64,000 bases of DNA from Callorhinchus milii (lineage: Eukaryota), in the NCBI RefSeq assembly GCF_018977255.1, contig NW_024704742.1, forward strand, positions 22,508,001-22,572,000, in the 5' to 3' direction. Both the position numbers and the translations under genes were made by a program. Shown here in pieces: positions 63,408 to 64,000 of this stretch (position 1 is the stretch's first letter; each line of letters begins with the position of its first letter). The notes under the pieces are model-generated. The model was given only the letters and a program-made list of their open reading frames with translations, was not told the DNA's origin and made no database searches.

Positions 63408-64000
63408 ACTACTGTAGTTCCACTCCACTAACTCAGCACTAATAGGGGATCAAACCTGAGACTTTCCATCTGTATGTAGTTCAGTTTTACAAAGGAACAT
63501 GGCTTTGTCCATAGATCAATTGGGAGAGCCCACCGTTCATGTCTGCCTATTGAATCCAAAAAGATCTGTGCAAACATTGTAAGCTGAGGGTGGGGGGGAC
63601 ATCGAACCTCAGCTGACGCAGTGCAAGTTGTGTGTGGGAGGACGTGGGTTGTTTGCTGGAGTCCTCCCCCATTGGGGTTGGAATTTTTAAAAATTCTTTC
63701 TCTACTTAAAAAAGAAACCCACAGACATGAATGCGTGCAGACGGGTCAGGGTTTTATTAGCTGGTTTCATCTCTGCCTATTTTTAAGGCTGTCTCTCATG
63801 CGAGCTAGTGTGCCAGACTGCAGAGCAGTGTGCATACAGAGGCTACTCACTTGGATTTCTAATGGCGAATAATAATTCTGCCCTTACTCTTTCAACCCCC
63901 CTCCTCCTGGCCACCCACCCCCACCCCACTGCGGTCCCCACACAACAGCTTCCCAGCATGTGTGGAGGTAACACCAGCGGAGCTGACTGCAGATTTCCAT

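Noticed and set aside
1..64000. CRISPR array or prokaryotic operon-type system
   Set aside because: The sequence is spliceosomal-intron vertebrate DNA, and the recurring motifs are dispersed SINE/LINE tails rather than regularly spaced repeats.

Overview
This is repeat-dense vertebrate genomic DNA. The repeat content (Deu-domain SINEs, L2, CR1, Penelope) suggests a cartilaginous fish, possibly a chimaera; that assignment is inference. The one host gene is an endothelin receptor, most likely EDNRA, on the + strand. Five coding exons are visible (47282-47848, 49971-50083, 56313-56511, 59674-59826, 62641-62774), all with GT-AG boundaries and consistent phases. TM7 and the C-tail lie beyond the window. 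The ~45 kb upstream is intergenic and filled with decayed L2/CR1 LINEs and two tRNA-derived SINE families. Highlights: (1) a TSD-bounded Penelope-like element with inverted terminal arms, each carrying a minimal hammerhead ribozyme motif; (2) a 579-bp codon-phased compound triplet repeat just upstream of the receptor CDS, open in five of six frames; (3) an EDNRA-like receptor with an EDNRB-length ECL1 exon and a microsatellite-expanded, sequon-rich N-terminus; (4) a modular chimeric SINE sharing a covarying 3' stem-loop with L2; (5) a 110-bp spacerless palindrome. Repeat boundaries were read by eye and are approximate, and family names were not checked against databases.
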